Below, in pieces: positions 60,794 through 64,000 of a stretch of DNA of 64,000 nt. The stretch's first letter is position 1. Each line of letters begins with the position of its first letter. The notes beneath the pieces are model-generated. The model had not been told where the DNA came from. It did no database searches and saw nothing but the letters and a program-made list of their open reading frames with translations. The translations under genes were made by a program, and so were the position numbers. The stretch covers positions 2,112,001 to 2,176,000 of the forward strand of contig CM000207.1 in assembly GCA_000002445.1 (NCBI GenBank), in the 5' to 3' direction. Source of the DNA: Trypanosoma brucei. Lineage: Eukaryota.

Positions 60794-62296
60794 TCACTTG
60801 CGGCCGGGTTTACCCTGCGAAAATTTCATACAATAGCTCATCGGGTATCCGGGTCGCGCCGGTTTATTTTCTTTCTTTGGTGGTGGCGGCGGGGCTGGCT
60901 GATGGTGTGGTTCCGGTTGGTAATACGCCTGTTGTGGTGGTTGGTAATACGCCTGTTGTGGTGGTTGGTAATACGCCTGTTGTGGTGGTTGGTAATACGC
61001 CTGTTGTGGTGGTTGATAATACGCCTGTTGTGGTGGTTGGTAATACGCCTGTTGTTGGGGCGCCGGGTGCGATGATGGGTACTGCGTCGGTGGGTAAACC
61101 TCTCCTGAAGCCCTTCCTCCGTCAGAAACCCCCGGATTTGATTTACCGTTGCTGGTTGATGCAACAGGGATCCCCATTACTGGCTGAGAGTGTGGCTGAG
61201 ATACGGAAGCAGGGAGTGTTGCTTCGTGTGGTTGTTGATATGCCGGATGGGGCGCCCACGGTTGAACATACTCCTGAGGCAAATGCTGCACCAGGCTTGC
61301 GTTCATGGTAAGGGGGCCAAAGAGAGAAAATTGCTTGTACAAGTCAACCGGTTTTGAGCTTGATAATTGTGGTACCTGCTTATAGCCCTTCTGGCGAAGC
61401 ACCTCCCTCGTCTTCATAAATATGTCGATGTAGCTGTATCCTGTAGTATTAAGTAATGCCCAAGTGAAGGCCTGCGTAGCCGCGCCGCCCGCAGCTACGG
61501 TTCCGTTACCGAAGGACGAAGTGTTGGTTACGTCCGCACTTGTCCCAGAGTCTTCACAGCCACTGAACATTACCACATCACCCCGAGAGTAGTTATCCTT
61601 CCGTACCATCCGCATTTCGTGTCGCTGGTTAGATGAGACATTCCTGCCGGCCACGAATGCAAAGGGGAGGTCCAGCAACGAGGCGGAATGACAGCAGTCA
61701 AACACTGCGGTCATGCGCACGCCGGCCGGTAGCCCCTTGATCATCAGTTCAAACAAATCATCATCTAGAATGGCGCCTGCCTTATCGTAGTCTAAGGGCA
61801 CAAGGCACTGGTCCATCTTTTCGTTCGAGTCACGTCCTCCCTTCGTCTCCGCTCCATGTCCAGAGAAGTGGAAAAACAAAACGTCCCCTGGGCGTACATC
61901 GTACACAAGCCATGCCATGTACTTGATAATGTTCTCACGGGTTGGCATGGCCGTGAAGTTTGGAAAGCGGCGGTCATCCACAAGGATGCAGCACTCAGAT
62001 ATGGGGAACTCAATTCTCTGCAGTGTTTGAAGCATATGCATCACGTCATTAACACACCCACCGAGTTGTGCACTCGAGCCCGTGTAGTTGATTCCAATGA
62101 AGAGTGCCTTCACACGTCCCTCCGTGTAGGGTCTGGGAGCCCGGTAAGGAACCACTGGACGACATTGGTGCGCCTCTCCCATCGCCTTCTTTACATCCAC
62201 GCGCTTCGGCCGTGGAACCCTGCCAATGCTGTTAACCACATAAGGCAGGACTGCGGTCGCAACCTGTCCAAATAGCAAAGCGAGAGCTGCGTCCAT
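60794..62296 (-). CDS. MCA5: Metacaspase (clan CD, family C14) with a Pro/Gln/Tyr-rich repetitive C-terminal extension. MCA5-type.
   Basis: The catalytic dyad regions HFSGHGAETKGG (His) and DCCHSAS (Cys) are present. A 500-aa product with a C-terminal (PPQQAYYQ)x6 tail matches the described T. brucei MCA5 architecture. Confidence 0.85.
   Translation of the reverse strand: MDAALALLFGQVATAVLPYVVNSIGRVPRPKRVDVKKAMGEAHQCRPVVPYRAPRPYTEGRVKALFIGINYTGSSAQLGGCVNDVMHMLQTLQRIEFPISECCILVDDRRFPNFTAMPTRENIIKYMAWLVYDVRPGDVLFFHFSGHGAETKGGRDSNEKMDQCLVPLDYDKAGAILDDDLFELMIKGLPAGVRMTAVFDCCHSASLLDLPFAFVAGRNVSSNQRHEMRMVRKDNYSRGDVVMFSGCEDSGTSADVTNTSSFGNGTVAAGGAATQAFTWALLNTTGYSYIDIFMKTREVLRQKGYKQVPQLSSSKPVDLYKQFSLFGPLTMNASLVQHLPQEYVQPWAPHPAYQQPHEATLPASVSQPHSQPVMGIPVASTSNGKSNPGVSDGGRASGEVYPPTQYPSSHPAPQQQAYYQPPQQAYYQPPQQAYYQPPQQAYYQPPQQAYYQPPQQAYYQPEPHHQPAPPPPPKKENKPARPGYPMSYCMKFSQGKPGRK
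60915..61062. repeat. Perfect 24-nt tandem repeat (ggtaatacgcctgttgtggtggtt) x6 inside the MCA5 CDS, encoding QQAYYQPP repeats.
   Basis: Directly visible as six identical units. The antisense reading gives the spurious VGNTPVVV repeat ORF on the plus strand. Confidence 0.9.
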
Positions 62297-63423
62297 TGCT
62301 TTCTGTATTTTATCTTAAATGCTTCACCCTCTTTTCCCGAACAACTCAACTATTCTGATCCAAGTGCAAGGGAGTTAAGCAGGGAGTATTAAATGCTGAG
62401 TACGTACAAACTCACCCAACCACAAGCTTTGAATCCAATCGTCAGCCTGTGTTGCACACGCTTTCGAGAACAATATCTCCACGGTCTGTATGACTATGGG
62501 CTCTCGCAACTCTCTCCTCTAACTAAGAAGAAAGACACAACAGAAAAATTATAATGATTTTTAGCGGTCACGTTGCTCTTTCCTGGTGTCCTTACAATAA
62601 ATGCCAACCACTACATTTTCACCCAGTTCCGTGGCAGTGAGAACAAATATCAAAAAAAAGTGAAAAATAGATGAGTGTAATCTGGCCTCACCTTCGCAGC
62701 CAGAAACAACAGTAACACAATACTAACAAAAAAGATGCGTTAAGGGAGTTCAGCAACCTCCCTCTCTCAAATTACTCACACACATGCGTACCAGGCGACT
62801 CCTCCAACACGCAGACACAACGAACTCACAAGGGAAATACAAAACATAATCAACATGAACCACTCCAAAAAACAGATAAACAAGGGGGAAGGACGTTGGG
62901 GGTCGAATGAAAACGTGCATAAAACGAAGCTGGGGTGAAGAGGCAATGACTCACCCAAACTTGCGAGGAAAACAACATTTTTTGCGAGTGTCTCGAGATG
63001 CCTGCCGTCTCATAAGCGGCAAATGCAATGCTCGCTAACTGACCAGGGCCAACCCTCGGATACGAAACATTAGGAAGGCACGCACAGCGGAATATGCGCT
63101 TGCGTTAGCGTACATGTCCCCCTTCCTCTACTTTTGTGACATTCGTCCACGTGGCAAAAAAGCATATTAATCCACTGTTTTCACAGCGCCGACGGGCGAT
63201 GCCTGTCTCTGCTACCCGGCGCACTGCAGTTGTTTCATCGTGTGAACGTCACAAACCAGCGGGGAGTTGAGACTGCCACACGAAAGGGAGAACAAGTGCG
63301 GCAGGACCTCGGACCCTGCCGGTTCAAACTTTTCTCACACCCCGCTGAAAAAAAAAAAACTTTGCAAGAGACTAGTCTGAATTGGCAAACTCAAACTCCA
63401 GCTTTACCATCACTTGACTTCAC

Positions 63424-63960
63424 CTAACCCCTGAGGCCGCCTCGGTGTTGCAGCAATGATTCATCCGAAAGAATCGTACAACCGGGAGTCCTACCACACA
63501 CACGTTTGTACATTTGTCGGCTGCTATCTAGTGCCTTCTTCAAAGGGCTCACACGTTCTTTTGAATCTCGTGACGAAGGGACTGATGCAGGTATTGGTTT
63601 CTCCGACCTCGGCCCCGCGCCAGATGTTGTGGACGAACCACCAGTATGCTCCGCCGCCCCCTGGAACACGGGGCAACTCTCCCTATCATTATCGGCACCG
63701 GTACCCCTCTCAGTAACTTTTTTTATCTCCTCCTCAAACTTAGCGCTTTCAGCAAGAACCGCCCCAATCTCTGTGTTAAGTCTTAAAACCTTCTCGGTAA
63801 GTTCGTTGCAATCATCACTACATTCCTTTAGCTCTTTCTTTCTCAGCAGCCGACGCGCGGCTTCCGCCTGTGTTGAACGAGATTCCGCCGCACAGGAGCC
63901 GTGGTGGTAACCAAACCATAAACAAAGAACAAACAGCACGGTTATAATACCCAGAGCCAT
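63424..63960 (-). CDS. Hypothetical small membrane protein (178 aa) with an N-terminal hydrophobic anchor and a coiled-coil segment.
   Basis: MALGIITVLFVLCLWFGYHHGSCAA is a signal/anchor, followed by a charged helical region. The ORF is close to the window edge, and the true start could lie upstream of the window. Confidence 0.4.
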   Translation of the reverse strand: MALGIITVLFVLCLWFGYHHGSCAAESRSTQAEAARRLLRKKELKECSDDCNELTEKVLRLNTEIGAVLAESAKFEEEIKKVTERGTGADNDRESCPVFQGAAEHTGGSSTTSGAGPRSEKPIPASVPSSRDSKERVSPLKKALDSSRQMYKRVCGRTPGCTILSDESLLQHRGGLRG

Positions 63961-64000
63961 TGGTCGGATGAACTGCTGATCATTCCGACGCTGCTTCCAC

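Noticed and set aside
60724-61311. Plus-strand 195-aa ORF with a striking VGNTPVVVV x6 repeat.
   Set aside because: It is the antisense reading of the perfect 24-nt repeat inside the minus-strand MCA5 CDS. The minus-strand frame encodes a recognisable metacaspase, so the plus ORF is an artefact.

Overview
This window is eukaryotic. It looks like the interior of a trypanosomatid polycistronic transcription unit, most consistent with Trypanosoma brucei chromosome 9. Every convincing coding region lies on the minus strand with no strand switch. There are no introns. Intergenic regions are rich in microsatellites and polypyrimidine tracts, and two housekeeping genes occur as head-to-tail tandem arrays (ARF1 x4, KMP-11 x3). 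Recognised products include ARF1, KMP-11, 60S ribosomal protein L12, the Rieske Fe-S protein, metacaspase MCA5 with a PQQAYYQP repeat tail, the R-SNARE Ykt6, proteasome subunit Rpn13, a double-RRM protein (probably DRBD2), a J-domain protein, two paralogous membrane-anchored SDR oxidoreductases flanking a class-3-lipase-like protein, an FCP/NIF-type phosphatase domain fused to CCCH zinc fingers, a 2001-aa protein with a chorein-N-like N-terminus, and several large hypothetical proteins. No prokaryotic features (CRISPR, operons, defence islands, IS elements) are present. The more notable observations are listed under findings. I found no tRNA, rRNA, SL-RNA or retroposon signatures.
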